Under the pieces are notes generated by a model. The model searched no databases. It was given only the letters and a program-made list of their open reading frames with translations, and was not told where the DNA came from. A stretch of DNA of 33,958 nucleotides from an uncultured bacterium (lineage in GTDB: Bacteria; Acidobacteriota; Thermoanaerobaculia; Multivoradales; JAHZIX01), in the NCBI GenBank assembly GCA_965368975.1, contig CBDUPA010000034.1:1-33958 (forward strand). Reading direction: 5' to 3'. The translations under genes were made by a program, and so were the position numbers. Positions within the stretch are counted from its first letter, which is position 1, and every line of letters starts with the position of its first letter. This document shows, in pieces, positions 16,542-25,479 of the stretch.

Positions 16542-18743
16542 TTAGGAGTCGAGGGAGGCCAAGCTAGCTTTGGCTTGCTCGACGTTTGGGTGGCTACCGA
16601 GCTGTTCGAAGAGTTCCAGTGCCCGCTCCCAAAATTTGCGGGCGGCATCCAGATCGCCGCGATACTTTGAGACCGAACCAAGGTTGGCGCAATCTGTTGC
16701 CATGCCGTGGAGGCTCCCGAGTTGCTGATTGATTTGCAAAGCCTGCCGGTGCATCTGCTCGGCCAACATCAGATTGCCGCGCCGTCGATAGGTCAGGCCC
16801 AGGCCAGAGTAGTCTGTTGCCATGTCTTGGCGACGGCCGAGTTGTTTGTGAAGCTCCAGGGCTTGCTGCAGCATCTGCTCGGCTGCATCCAAGTCACCAC
16901 GAGCAAGGCAGTTTAACCCCAAGCTACCGTAGCTGCTCGCCATATCTCGACAGCCTCCGACCTGCTTATGAATCTCCAGGGCCTGCAGGTGCATCTGCTC
17001 GGCCAGATCTAGATCACCACGAATTCGGTGAATCACACCCAGGTTGGTGTACTGGATCGCGATGCCCTCACGGTTCTTAAGCTGTTCGTGGATCTGGAGG
17101 GCCTGCTGGCATAGCTGCTCGGCCTCCTCAAGATCACCGCGAGTCCCGTGGATCAAACCCAGGTGGCCGTACTGGCTCGCTACGCCCTTGAGGTTCCCGA
17201 GCTGCTGGTTGACCTTCAGGGCCTTTTGGTGCACTTGTTCGGCCAAACCCAGATCGCCCCGGGTCCAGTAGATCAGACCCAGGTTGCCGAAGGCGGTGGC
17301 TTGAGCCTCTAGCTTCCCTTCCCCAGCGAACTCTAGCATCTCTTGGTATTGCTTTTCGGCTTGAGACAGATCTCCACGAGTGAAGCAGGTTGAACCTATT
17401 AGATTGACCACCACTAGTTCGACTTTGGAGCCTGCCTCTGCCCAGCCACGGGCACGCTGGAGCAGGGCCAGATTTTCTTCTAGGAAGCCGAGTTGTAGCA
17501 GTGCGGGAGCGCTGCGCCCTGCTACCACCTTCGCAAAGGCCGCCGGCCCATCCACTACCAGCACGTGCTCTGGAAGCCGCTGCGCAGCGAGGATATCTTT
17601 GGGTTCGGAGTTTTCCAGCCGCTGCCGCCAAGCGTCCCGCGCGCGTTCGTGGTACGCCTTCTGTTCCGCTGCGCTCAACTCGCTTCCGATGTGATCCGAC
17701 AGCAGGGAATGGTAGATGCGCGCTCCGCTCGGCTCGACTCCCAGTAGGTTGCCGACGAAGGCATCTGCCCGCAGTAACTGCAAAGCCTCCGGTGTTATCT
17801 CAGCCACTGCGCAGGCGACCTCCGCCGGCACCGCGACCTCGAGAACGGTGTACGCCTTGAAGGCACGGACCCAGCCTTCCGACTGCTGCTGGCACACGCG
17901 CTTCCACTGCTCCGCCGCAACCCCCGCCGGATCCGAAGGCAGATCCGCAGGGGTGCTCTGCTTCTTCACCAGTAGATCCAGCGCAGCCGCAACCGCGTAG
18001 GGGTGGCCCTTGTACCGGCCCACCGCCGCGAGGGTCTCCTCCCTCGCGAAGGGCAATCCCTCCGTGCGATCCACCAGCACCTCCACCGCCCCGGCTTCCA
18101 GGTGCTCCAGCTCGTCTGCCGGCAGCCGCACCACGTTCTCCAGCTTCATGAATTTCCCATGCTGCGCCAGCTCATCGCCGGGACGCTGCGGGAAGATCAG
18201 CAGAATCCGCTCCGGCAAGTCGTGCACCAGCGCCGCCCAGGCCCCGGCGCTGCCGGGCTGCATGTACTCGTCCGGATCGATCACGAACAGCAAGCGCTGA
18301 TTCGCCTTCAGCTTCGCGGACACCTGCTGCAGCGCCGCCAGCAGCCGCTCGCGCACCGGGCGGCCGGGTTGCTGCTTGAGGGCCTGGAACAGGCCGAGTA
18401 TTTCTTTCCCCTTGGGCAATACCTTCAGCAGCGCCGCCCACTGGCTCTGGCGCTTCGGGGAGGTGGAGAACGAGCCTTCCACCTCGGCACCGGCGAAGGC
18501 TTCTTCCAGCATCCGCTCCATGATGGCGTCGGCGGTGTCTTGCTGGATGATGCTGTAGCGTAGGCAGAAGCACTGGTTGAAGTGGGCTTCGGCGCGGAAG
18601 ACGAGTTCATTGGCCAGGGTGGTCTTGCCCATGCCCTGCTGGCCGACGATGACCACGGCGCAGCCGGTGTCGTCGGTGAGGAGGTGGTGGAAAGCGGCGA
18701 GTTCCTGCTGGCGGCCGACGAAGGGGGTGGATTTGGAGGTCAT
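16542..18743 (-). CDS. STAND/AAA_16-type P-loop NTPase with a C-terminal TPR array
   Basis: PFVGRQQEL, Walker A GQQGMGKT, Walker B LLFVID and the 'GHPYAV' GxP motif. About seven 40-aa TPRs of the form A..Y.NLG.I...RGDL..AEQ.H.QAL.I..QLG. Confidence 0.85.
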   Translation of the reverse strand: MTSKSTPFVGRQQELAAFHHLLTDDTGCAVVIVGQQGMGKTTLANELVFRAEAHFNQCFCLRYSIIQQDTADAIMERMLEEAFAGAEVEGSFSTSPKRQSQWAALLKVLPKGKEILGLFQALKQQPGRPVRERLLAALQQVSAKLKANQRLLFVIDPDEYMQPGSAGAWAALVHDLPERILLIFPQRPGDELAQHGKFMKLENVVRLPADELEHLEAGAVEVLVDRTEGLPFAREETLAAVGRYKGHPYAVAAALDLLVKKQSTPADLPSDPAGVAAEQWKRVCQQQSEGWVRAFKAYTVLEVAVPAEVACAVAEITPEALQLLRADAFVGNLLGVEPSGARIYHSLLSDHIGSELSAAEQKAYHERARDAWRQRLENSEPKDILAAQRLPEHVLVVDGPAAFAKVVAGRSAPALLQLGFLEENLALLQRARGWAEAGSKVELVVVNLIGSTCFTRGDLSQAEKQYQEMLEFAGEGKLEAQATAFGNLGLIYWTRGDLGLAEQVHQKALKVNQQLGNLKGVASQYGHLGLIHGTRGDLEEAEQLCQQALQIHEQLKNREGIAIQYTNLGVIHRIRGDLDLAEQMHLQALEIHKQVGGCRDMASSYGSLGLNCLARGDLDAAEQMLQQALELHKQLGRRQDMATDYSGLGLTYRRRGNLMLAEQMHRQALQINQQLGSLHGMATDCANLGSVSKYRGDLDAARKFWERALELFEQLGSHPNVEQAKASLASLDS

Positions 18744-18885
18744 TGATGGGGAAGTTTAGCAGGGGGTGGAGCGGGCCAGATGGCGGGAACTCACCCATTA
18801 ACTATGGATGGCCCAAGGTCTGCTTAGTTCGTGCGTTTCCTAGGTGAAGGAAGACTCCGCCGATCAATCCAGAGAAAGGCAAAGA

Positions 18886-19185
18886 ATGCCAAAGATCTTG
18901 ACGCTCTTCGTCGTTCCGCTCGGCCTTCTAGCTGTACTCGTCCCTGCAGACAGCGTGCAAGCTCAGGAGTCACGAGGACAACTGAGCGCTTGGGAGGTAC
19001 TTGTGCAGAGCCAACGGGAGATCCCGTCTGAGGCCACGGCCTTGGAACAAGAGGTCCTGGGCTTGATGACGCCAGAACAGGCTAGCCGGTTCGCCCAGGG
19101 TGCTAGTCGAGGAGGTAGCGGAAGCGGGGCGAATCCTGGAAGTCCTGGTCCAGACCTGGTCCCCGAGCCGGGAAAGGTGCGGTAA
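18886..19185 (+). pseudogene. Short ORF with a signal peptide, probably the truncated 5' end of a secreted-protein gene
   Basis: MPKILTLFVVPLGLLAVLVPADSVQA is signal-peptide-like. About 45 protein-like residues follow, then a low-complexity G/S/P tail that stops 29 nt from the convergent PIN gene stop. Confidence 0.4.
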
Positions 19186-19213
19186 GGCTGCTCGCTAGAC
19201 TGGCTTCAGTAGA

Positions 19214-19624
19214 CTAAAGGTTGCCGGCGAGGAATTCCGAAGGTGACAACGCAGCCACAGGACTCTTTCCGAAGTCTGCACTGTTCCGGCTAATGACAGC
19301 CTGGCAGCCGGCTTCCTCAGCTGAAACTGAGACAACAGCATCTTCGAAGTCGTCAAATCCCAAGTCCAATGCGCGCTCGAAGACAGGCGCCCCGGCAGGA
19401 GCAATCGTGAACAGTTCGAGCAGCCAGCGCAGCGCTGTCTCGGGTGGCAAGACCGAGTCGTATCGTTTCGTCAGGTAGTAGATGGTGGTGATGCCGTGAG
19501 TCGGGAGGTAGCCGGTGAGCTTTCCCTGCGCAACCAGATCCAGAATCAGGGCAGAATCTCGGAAGTGCAGTTCGCGTTTGAGTAGAACGTCGAGAACGAC
19601 GTTCAAGTCGAGCATCACCTTCAA
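19214..19624 (-). CDS. vapC: PIN-domain ribonuclease toxin (VapC-like, PIN_3 type)
   Basis: MKVMLDLNVVLDVLLKR...DFEDAVVSVSA...VISRNSADF carries the conserved acidic PIN residues. The TTG start overlaps the antitoxin stop. Confidence 0.85.
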   Translation of the reverse strand: MKVMLDLNVVLDVLLKRELHFRDSALILDLVAQGKLTGYLPTHGITTIYYLTKRYDSVLPPETALRWLLELFTIAPAGAPVFERALDLGFDDFEDAVVSVSAEEAGCQAVISRNSADFGKSPVAALSPSEFLAGNL

Positions 19625-19851
19625 CTGTGCTTCTCCAGCACGGCTTGTAGATACGCTTCCTTCGGTTCGAGATCCGAGGGTAGGATGCCGGTCAGGCGTT
19701 GTACGGCGGGGTGGAGGTCAGCGACTTCGGCAGGTCCCAGCTGTTGCAGGTACCGCGCGACAAGCTCATCTACCGTGGTTTCGTGTTGCTTTGCGAAGCG
19801 TACAGCAGATTGAATCTGCTCTTCTGGGACTTCTAGGACTAGTTTGCTCAT
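19621..19851 (-). CDS. Putative antitoxin (DUF6364-like, ribbon-helix-helix type)
   Basis: 76 aa, MSKLVLEVPEEQIQSAVRFAKQHETTVDELVARYL...HPAVQRLTGILP...YLQAVLEKH. GGAGG RBS on the minus strand (19858-19862). Lies upstream of and overlaps the PIN gene. Confidence 0.8.
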   Translation of the reverse strand: MSKLVLEVPEEQIQSAVRFAKQHETTVDELVARYLQQLGPAEVADLHPAVQRLTGILPSDLEPKEAYLQAVLEKHS

Positions 19852-19886
19852 CAGGTTCCTCCAGCGCGAGTTTACCAGAGGCCGCC

Positions 19887-22800
19887 TCAACTACTGGCCC
19901 GCGCCGCTTCCAGCTTCGCCAACCGCTCCCGCGCCTTGACGACCGCCTGATCGTCTTTCCCCCGCCCCTGACGCGCGTTCTCGAGCGCGTCCAACAGCAC
20001 CTTCTCGGCCCGCGCGAACTCCCCTCGCTGGATCAGCGCTTCGCCCAGCAGTCCCATCGATGCCACCACGTGCGAAGAATTCGGTGGAATCTGGTTGCGG
20101 GCGAAGGTAGCTAGCGCTTGCTCGAGTTGATCTTGCGCTTCGGCGGCCTTGCCCTGCTCCAACAAGGCGTGTGCCAGGTTCTTGCGCACGACGCCCAGGT
20201 TTGCGTGATCCTCGGGTAACGTTTGCGTGAAAGCCTCCAGAGCTTGGCGGAAATTGGACTCTGCACCGGCAGCGTCGCCCAGGAAATTCAGGGTGACGGC
20301 CAGGTTGTGGCTGACCGTCGCGACACGGGTGTTGTTGGGGCCTAGTAAGTCCCGCAGGATGACCAGTGCCTGCTCGTAACCCTCTTGAGCTGCTTCCAAG
20401 TCGCCGCTCTGCCGATGGACGAAAGCCAGATTGCTGAGCACGGTGGCTACCTGGAGGTGCTGCTCGCCGAAGGAGGCGCGATAGACACGGAGGGCCTCGG
20501 TGAACTGGGCTTCGGCACCTTCTAGATCGTCTTGGGCCTGTAGTGCCTGTGCCAGCGTGTTGCGGGCGGCGGCGACGCGCACGTAGTCGTCGCCCAAGAG
20601 ATCGCTCCACATTTCCAGCGCTTGTCTGGCCAGGTCTTCGGCGTCTTCGAGTTCACCTTGCTGGTGGCGCACCATGGCCAGGAGGTTCAGCGAGTCGGCG
20701 ACGTTGGGGTGCTGCTCGCCGAATAGCTCTCGCCGGTTGTTCAGGGCTTGTCGGGCGAGTTCCTCGGCCTCCTGAGAAGCGCCTTGGGCGTAGGCGAGGG
20801 CAGCCAAATTGTGGCGTACGGTGGCCAGATCCGGGTGTTCGGTCTCATAGACGTCGGCTTGAATGTCCAGGGCCTCGGTGAATACCTCCCTTGCCTGCTC
20901 CAGGTTCCCTTGCTCATCATGGAGCAAGCCCAGGTCGTTGAGCACGACGGCGACCTTGGGATGCCGGTCACCGAAGAGGTTTCGATAGAGATCCAGGCTT
21001 TGTGCGTAGGCATCCGAGGCTTCGTCGTGCTTGCCCTGGGCACGCAGCAGGCCACCTAGCTCGGCATAGCCTCCGGCAATCAGATGGTGGCGTTCACCGA
21101 GCACCTCGCCGGCCAGTTGCAGGCTCTGGTACCAGTACTCTTCGGCCATCGCGAACTTGCCCAGCCGGTGATGGGCTCGGGCCAGGCGCGAGAGGGCACG
21201 CACGCCTGTCTCAGTGTCGATCTTGCCGGTGTTGCGCAGCATGACCCAGGCAGCGCGGAAGTTCTCGAGAGCCTTGGCATACTCGCCGTCCAGAATTGCG
21301 TGGTCTCCAAGATCCAGCAGACTCTGCGCGATCTCGGGATGCGAAGCCCCATGCAACTGGCGGCGTACCACCAGCGCTTCTCGGATCAGTGGCTCGGCTT
21401 CGGCGAGCAGGCCCAGTCGCAGGTAGACGCGGCCCATGGTCGCGAGTAGCCGGGCTTGCAGCCGGGGTTGATCTCCCAGCCGGCTGCGGATGTCCAGAGC
21501 ACCGCGGTCGAGCAGCTCGCGAGCGGTCACGCGCTCGCCAAAGGTGCGGTCCGGGTCCGAAGTTTCGAACAGGCCCTCGAGAAAGTGGGTGACTTCTTCG
21601 CCGTGCTCTTGCTCCTGCAGGATCGTCGCACGCTGGACCAGCAAGGCGATAGTGAAGGCGGAGAAGGCAAGAAACGCCGCGACTGCCAGCGCCACCGGCC
21701 AACGATGTCGTCGGACGAACTTGCCGGAGCGGTACCAAAAGGTCTGGTGACGGGCGTTGACCGGGCGACCCAGCAGATAGCGATGAACGTCGGCGGAAAG
21801 CTCCTGGGCCGAGAGGTAGCGGTCGCGCGGATCCTTGCGCAGTGCCTTGGCGACGATGTCGTCCAGGTCCTTGCGCAGGTAGCGCTCCAGCTGGAGCACG
21901 TCGAGGCCCCGCTGTGCGGCGACGCCGCGAGCCCACTCTGCGGAGTGTGAACTCTCGCGTGCTCGCCTCAAGGCGCGTGAAGGAACCTCGGGAGTCTCGA
22001 AGCAGACAGCCTGGATGAAGGCGTGAGGCGAGGTCTCCGAGAGCTGAAAGGGGCGTCGGCCGGCGAGCAGAAGATAGAGCAGGGTACCGAGTGCGTAGAT
22101 GTCGCAGGCGGTTGTGATCGCCTGTCCTTGCATCTGTTCTGGGCTGGCGAATTCGGGGGTCATTGGCGCCATCGCGGTACCCGTGAGCATCTCCTTGTAG
22201 TCGCTGTCGAGTGAGCCCAGCAGCTTGGCGATGCCGAAGTCCAGCAGCTTGAGCTGGCCATCGGCCGTGACCAGAATGTTCGCTGGCTTCAGGTCGCGGT
22301 GGACGACCAGGTTCTGATGCGCGAAGTGGACGACGCTGCACACTTGGCGAAAGAGTTCCAGGCGCTGCCGTAGCGATAGGCGGCGTTGGTCACAGTAGCG
22401 GTCGATCGGTTCGCCCTCGACGTACTCGAGTACCAGGTACTGCTGGCGGTCATCGCTGAGCCCGCCGTCCAGCAGACGCGCGATCGACGGATGCTCGAGG
22501 TCCGCCAGGATCTGGCGCTCACGGCGGAAGCGCTGTTCGACTTCGGGTCGCGTCAGCTCCGGGTGTAGGATCTTGATCGCGACCTGGGTGCTGTAAGCAC
22601 CGTCGACCCGTTCCGCGCGATACACGGTACCCATGCCGCCGCGTCCGAGCACCTCGCGCACCTCGTAAGGACCGATTCTGGAATCCGTGGCCGACTCGGT
22701 TGCCGAGAGGCTCAGCACGGGACCGTCCAGGAAAGTACTGGGGTCGGCGTGTTGTTCGAGGAGTTCGCGCACCTCCTCGAGGACAGCCTGATCCGCCTGG

Positions 22801-22901
22801 CTGGATGCAAGGAACGCGGCTTGGGCTTCCGGCTCGAGTTCCAGAGCTTGGTGGAAGAGGTGGCGGGCCTCCTGCCACTGTTCGGCGTCTAACTTGGGCA
22901 T
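19887..22901 (-). CDS. Hanks-type membrane Ser/Thr protein kinase with a C-terminal TPR array
   Basis: GRGGMGTVY, VAIK, HRDLKPANIL, DFGIAK, ASPEQ. TM helix WPVALAVAAFLAFSAFTIALLV, then many 'HP.VA..LN.L' 42-aa TPRs. The N-terminal 'QWQEARHLFHQALELEP...AFL' helix typical of ECF-linked kinases sets the start at ATG 22901. Confidence 0.95.
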   Translation of the reverse strand: MPKLDAEQWQEARHLFHQALELEPEAQAAFLASSQADQAVLEEVRELLEQHADPSTFLDGPVLSLSATESATDSRIGPYEVREVLGRGGMGTVYRAERVDGAYSTQVAIKILHPELTRPEVEQRFRRERQILADLEHPSIARLLDGGLSDDRQQYLVLEYVEGEPIDRYCDQRRLSLRQRLELFRQVCSVVHFAHQNLVVHRDLKPANILVTADGQLKLLDFGIAKLLGSLDSDYKEMLTGTAMAPMTPEFASPEQMQGQAITTACDIYALGTLLYLLLAGRRPFQLSETSPHAFIQAVCFETPEVPSRALRRARESSHSAEWARGVAAQRGLDVLQLERYLRKDLDDIVAKALRKDPRDRYLSAQELSADVHRYLLGRPVNARHQTFWYRSGKFVRRHRWPVALAVAAFLAFSAFTIALLVQRATILQEQEHGEEVTHFLEGLFETSDPDRTFGERVTARELLDRGALDIRSRLGDQPRLQARLLATMGRVYLRLGLLAEAEPLIREALVVRRQLHGASHPEIAQSLLDLGDHAILDGEYAKALENFRAAWVMLRNTGKIDTETGVRALSRLARAHHRLGKFAMAEEYWYQSLQLAGEVLGERHHLIAGGYAELGGLLRAQGKHDEASDAYAQSLDLYRNLFGDRHPKVAVVLNDLGLLHDEQGNLEQAREVFTEALDIQADVYETEHPDLATVRHNLAALAYAQGASQEAEELARQALNNRRELFGEQHPNVADSLNLLAMVRHQQGELEDAEDLARQALEMWSDLLGDDYVRVAAARNTLAQALQAQDDLEGAEAQFTEALRVYRASFGEQHLQVATVLSNLAFVHRQSGDLEAAQEGYEQALVILRDLLGPNNTRVATVSHNLAVTLNFLGDAAGAESNFRQALEAFTQTLPEDHANLGVVRKNLAHALLEQGKAAEAQDQLEQALATFARNQIPPNSSHVVASMGLLGEALIQRGEFARAEKVLLDALENARQGRGKDDQAVVKARERLAKLEAARASS

Positions 22902-22915
22902 TCTCTTGCCATCCT

Positions 22916-22947
22916 GTGATCCGATCGGTACGCGTCTTGCGCCAACC
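22916..22947 (+). promoter_or_regulatory. Putative ECF sigma promoter, copy 1 (GTGATCC-N16-GCGCCAACC)
   Basis: GTGATCC 22916-22922, 16-nt spacer, GCGCCAACC 22939-22947. Upstream of CDS 23071. Confidence 0.7.
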
Positions 22948-23070
22948 CTATCGCACAGCTGGGAACTGTGGCTGAGTTCGCGTTCCAAGGTCGATGTGAT
23001 GAGGAACCCAGCAGGGCACTCCGCGAGCGGTGTCCGGGTTCCGTCAGGTCTCGAAAGGAGCACCGATAGC

Positions 23071-24672
23071 ATGTGCAGCGCTACTCTACGAAGTTCTTCT
23101 CCTCACCTCCGTTTGATTGTACGGACCCTCGCGGGTCTCTTCCTGGCTTCAATGACGTCCACTGCCTCAGCACAGATCACCAAGGTGGTCGGGTGGGGGC
23201 AGACCGAGGTGACGATCACGGCGGCTGAGTTGGGACTCGATCATTTGATGCCACTGGCCCAGACAGTCTCGGTCGCCAGTTCGCACGGCTCGTTGCAACT
23301 CGACGGCACGGATCTGGTCTACGCGCCGTCTTCCCGCTTCTGGCAGATTGGTTTCGACACATTCCAGGTGTCCGTGGGTGGCAAGGCGCCCAGGGATGTC
23401 TTCCTGATCGCCAACTTGCGCGAAGAGCCTCTGGCCGGGGATGCCTTCCAGGGTTGTGTCTTGGGCGGAGACTGGACCTGGACAGGGGATCTCAGCGAGC
23501 TTCAGCTGCAGTCCTCGAGCGTGACCAACGACTGTTTTCTGAGAGTCCAAGCCGGCGGCACGGGTATCGGGGTTCGCACGCGCCCGCAAGCCCTGACCGG
23601 ACCGGGTGGTGGCAACACGTCCATCTCTCTGGATCCTGGAATCGGTGGTGGTACCGAACTCCCCTTCGGTCTACCCGACGGGATGGAGGTGCCTATTGTG
23701 GCTGGCGTGACGCAGGATGGCAGGGTGGTCTTCGAGTTGGTGCTGACCGGCTCACAGCTACTTGCCCGAGCCTACCGGGCTGATGGATCGGCTGTCACTT
23801 CGTCGCCTCTGGCGCTCAGTGATGAAGCTCAACACCTCGAGATGGACTGGTGGTTCGCCAGCGCATCGGGAGCCCGTGACGGCGGTGTGATGCTGTCGCG
23901 CAACGGTGTCTTCGAGACAGCCGTGACCGGTGTCGACAACTTCGGCCTGCTGGGGTTGCCATGGTCCTGGGAATTTGGGCTGCTGGGGCCGACCAACGGA
24001 GGCCAAGGAGTCTTGGCCTTGCTCGATCCCGAGGTTTGGGTCAGTCCACGGCAACCGATGTTCGAACCCATCTTTGCCGACAGCGCGGCGGGTTTCTCGC
24101 TGAGTCGCTGGAGCGATCTGATCAACCCGGACAAGATCATGGTTTCGACCAAGAATTCCACGCAAAACCCTCAGTTCCTGCTCGGTGTTTCCAATGCGCG
24201 GCAGGTTGCACTGGTCGACGATTCACCGGTGGCCGAACGTCACTTCCGTGCCCGCTTCTCGCTCGGTGTGGATCAAATGGCGCCGGGTACGGGCGTCATG
24301 ACGATCTTCGCGGCTCTAGGACAATCCAGGGAGAAGCCCGTGTTCAGTGTCCAGTTGCGATTCAACCAGAACCTGGGGGCCTACCAAGTGCGCACTCGGA
24401 CACGTCACGGAGCTGGCGAGGTCGTCTCGCCCTGGGCTAGCGCTCCGCCGGCCGTGGCTACCCTCGAGGTGTCCGTGCAGTGGTGGGCGGAGACACAGGC
24501 TGCGGCAGCTGATGGCGGTCTGCGCCTCGAGGTGGGAGGGGCCGAGCTCGTGGAGTTGGGGCAGCTCACGAGCACAACCCTCCGGGTCGAGGAGGCTTGG
24601 ATCGGCGCTGTGCTGATACCCAAGGGTTGGCAGGGTGAGCTGCTCTTCGACGATCTGTGCGCCTGGCGCTAG
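23071..24672 (+). CDS. Secreted hypothetical protein, paralog A (small cadherin-like segment plus two related beta-rich domains)
   Basis: AAGGAG RBS before ATG 23071. Signal peptide ending in ASA-Q. 'HGSL...LVYAP...FW.IGFDTF' is Big_9-like. Two internal 'WW....GA.DGG..L' units. Ends DDLCAWR. Confidence 0.8.
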   Translation: MCSATLRSSSPHLRLIVRTLAGLFLASMTSTASAQITKVVGWGQTEVTITAAELGLDHLMPLAQTVSVASSHGSLQLDGTDLVYAPSSRFWQIGFDTFQVSVGGKAPRDVFLIANLREEPLAGDAFQGCVLGGDWTWTGDLSELQLQSSSVTNDCFLRVQAGGTGIGVRTRPQALTGPGGGNTSISLDPGIGGGTELPFGLPDGMEVPIVAGVTQDGRVVFELVLTGSQLLARAYRADGSAVTSSPLALSDEAQHLEMDWWFASASGARDGGVMLSRNGVFETAVTGVDNFGLLGLPWSWEFGLLGPTNGGQGVLALLDPEVWVSPRQPMFEPIFADSAAGFSLSRWSDLINPDKIMVSTKNSTQNPQFLLGVSNARQVALVDDSPVAERHFRARFSLGVDQMAPGTGVMTIFAALGQSREKPVFSVQLRFNQNLGAYQVRTRTRHGAGEVVSPWASAPPAVATLEVSVQWWAETQAAAADGGLRLEVGGAELVELGQLTSTTLRVEEAWIGAVLIPKGWQGELLFDDLCAWR

Positions 24673-24680
24673 CCCTATGG

Positions 24681-25286
24681 ATGAGTACGTCCATGTTGAC
24701 TGATCTTCCACGCGACGAGGACGTTACCGGGCTCCTGCAGCTATGGAGCCGTGACGGTGACCGGCGGGCACTCGATCTCCTCATGCCACTGGTTTCGCAG
24801 GAGTTGCAACGGATGGCCCTGGGGTTCTTCCGCCACGAGCGACCCGATCACACGCTGCAGCCCACAGCGCTGGTCAACGAGGTGTACCTACGCCTCGTGG
24901 ACCGGCGCAGGGCGACTTGGCAGGATCGGGTTCACTTTCTGAGCTTTGCCGCCCGTACGATGAGGCGCGTGCTGGTCGACCACTCGCGCAAGCACAAGGC
25001 GCTCAAGCGCGGGGCAGGAGCACAGCAGGTGGCTCTGCCGGAAGGGGCCGTCGTCACCTGGCAGCGCGAAATCGACTACCTGGCTCTGGACGAGGCCTTG
25101 ACGTCCCTGGCGCAGCTCGATGCTCGTCAAGCCAGGATCGTCGAGTTGCACTACTTTGCGGGTCTCACCATCGAGGAGCTTGCGACTGTGATCGAAATCG
25201 GTACCGCAACGGTGAAGCGCGATCTAGCGATGGGCCGTGCTTGGTTGCGACGCGCACTCGAGCCGATACCGGACTCCGCCGGCTAG
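24681..25286 (+). CDS. ECF RNA polymerase sigma factor, TIGR02999/ECF43-like (copy 1)
   Basis: DVTGLLQLWS...ERPDHTLQPTALVNEVYLRL...WQDRVHF...MRRVLVDH.R...KRG...YFAGLT.EE.A...TATVKRD...RAWL. Start is ATG 24681 or 24693. Confidence 0.92.
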   Translation: MSTSMLTDLPRDEDVTGLLQLWSRDGDRRALDLLMPLVSQELQRMALGFFRHERPDHTLQPTALVNEVYLRLVDRRRATWQDRVHFLSFAARTMRRVLVDHSRKHKALKRGAGAQQVALPEGAVVTWQREIDYLALDEALTSLAQLDARQARIVELHYFAGLTIEELATVIEIGTATVKRDLAMGRAWLRRALEPIPDSAG

Positions 25287-25332
25287 ACCTCTGCGCTGCG
25301 CCCCGCAGCTGGCGGCTCTTTCTTCCGCTACC

Positions 25333-25364
25333 GTGATCCGGTTTTCATGCGTCTTGCGCCAACC
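25333..25364 (+). promoter_or_regulatory. Putative ECF sigma promoter, copy 2
   Basis: GTGATCC 25333-25339, 16-nt spacer, GCGCCAACC 25356-25364. Upstream of CDS 25480. Confidence 0.7.
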
Positions 25365-25479
25365 TCAACGCAGCGCCTTGAACTCGTAGAATCAAACAAG
25401 GTAGTTGCCATTGACATCCAGTCCCTGGGGGAGATGGCTTTCTCGGGGCTCACTTCATCTCGAAAGGAGAGCCTGAATC

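Noticed and set aside
16682-16713. GGTTGGCGC (reverse complement of GCGCCAACC) as a fifth promoter copy
   Set aside because: It lies inside the TPR coding region and has no GGATCA/GGCTCA half-site 16 nt away.
22894-23072. ORF-track N-terminal extensions making the kinase (to 23072) and paralog A (from 22894) overlap head-to-head
   Set aside because: Family-typical N-termini and RBS positions give starts at 22901 (-) and 23071 (+), leaving a 169-nt divergent intergenic region that contains the promoter motif.
25411-25440. Perfect TTGACA as a sigma-70 -35 element
   Set aside because: There is no -10-like hexamer at 16-18 nt spacing (ATGGCT at 17 nt).
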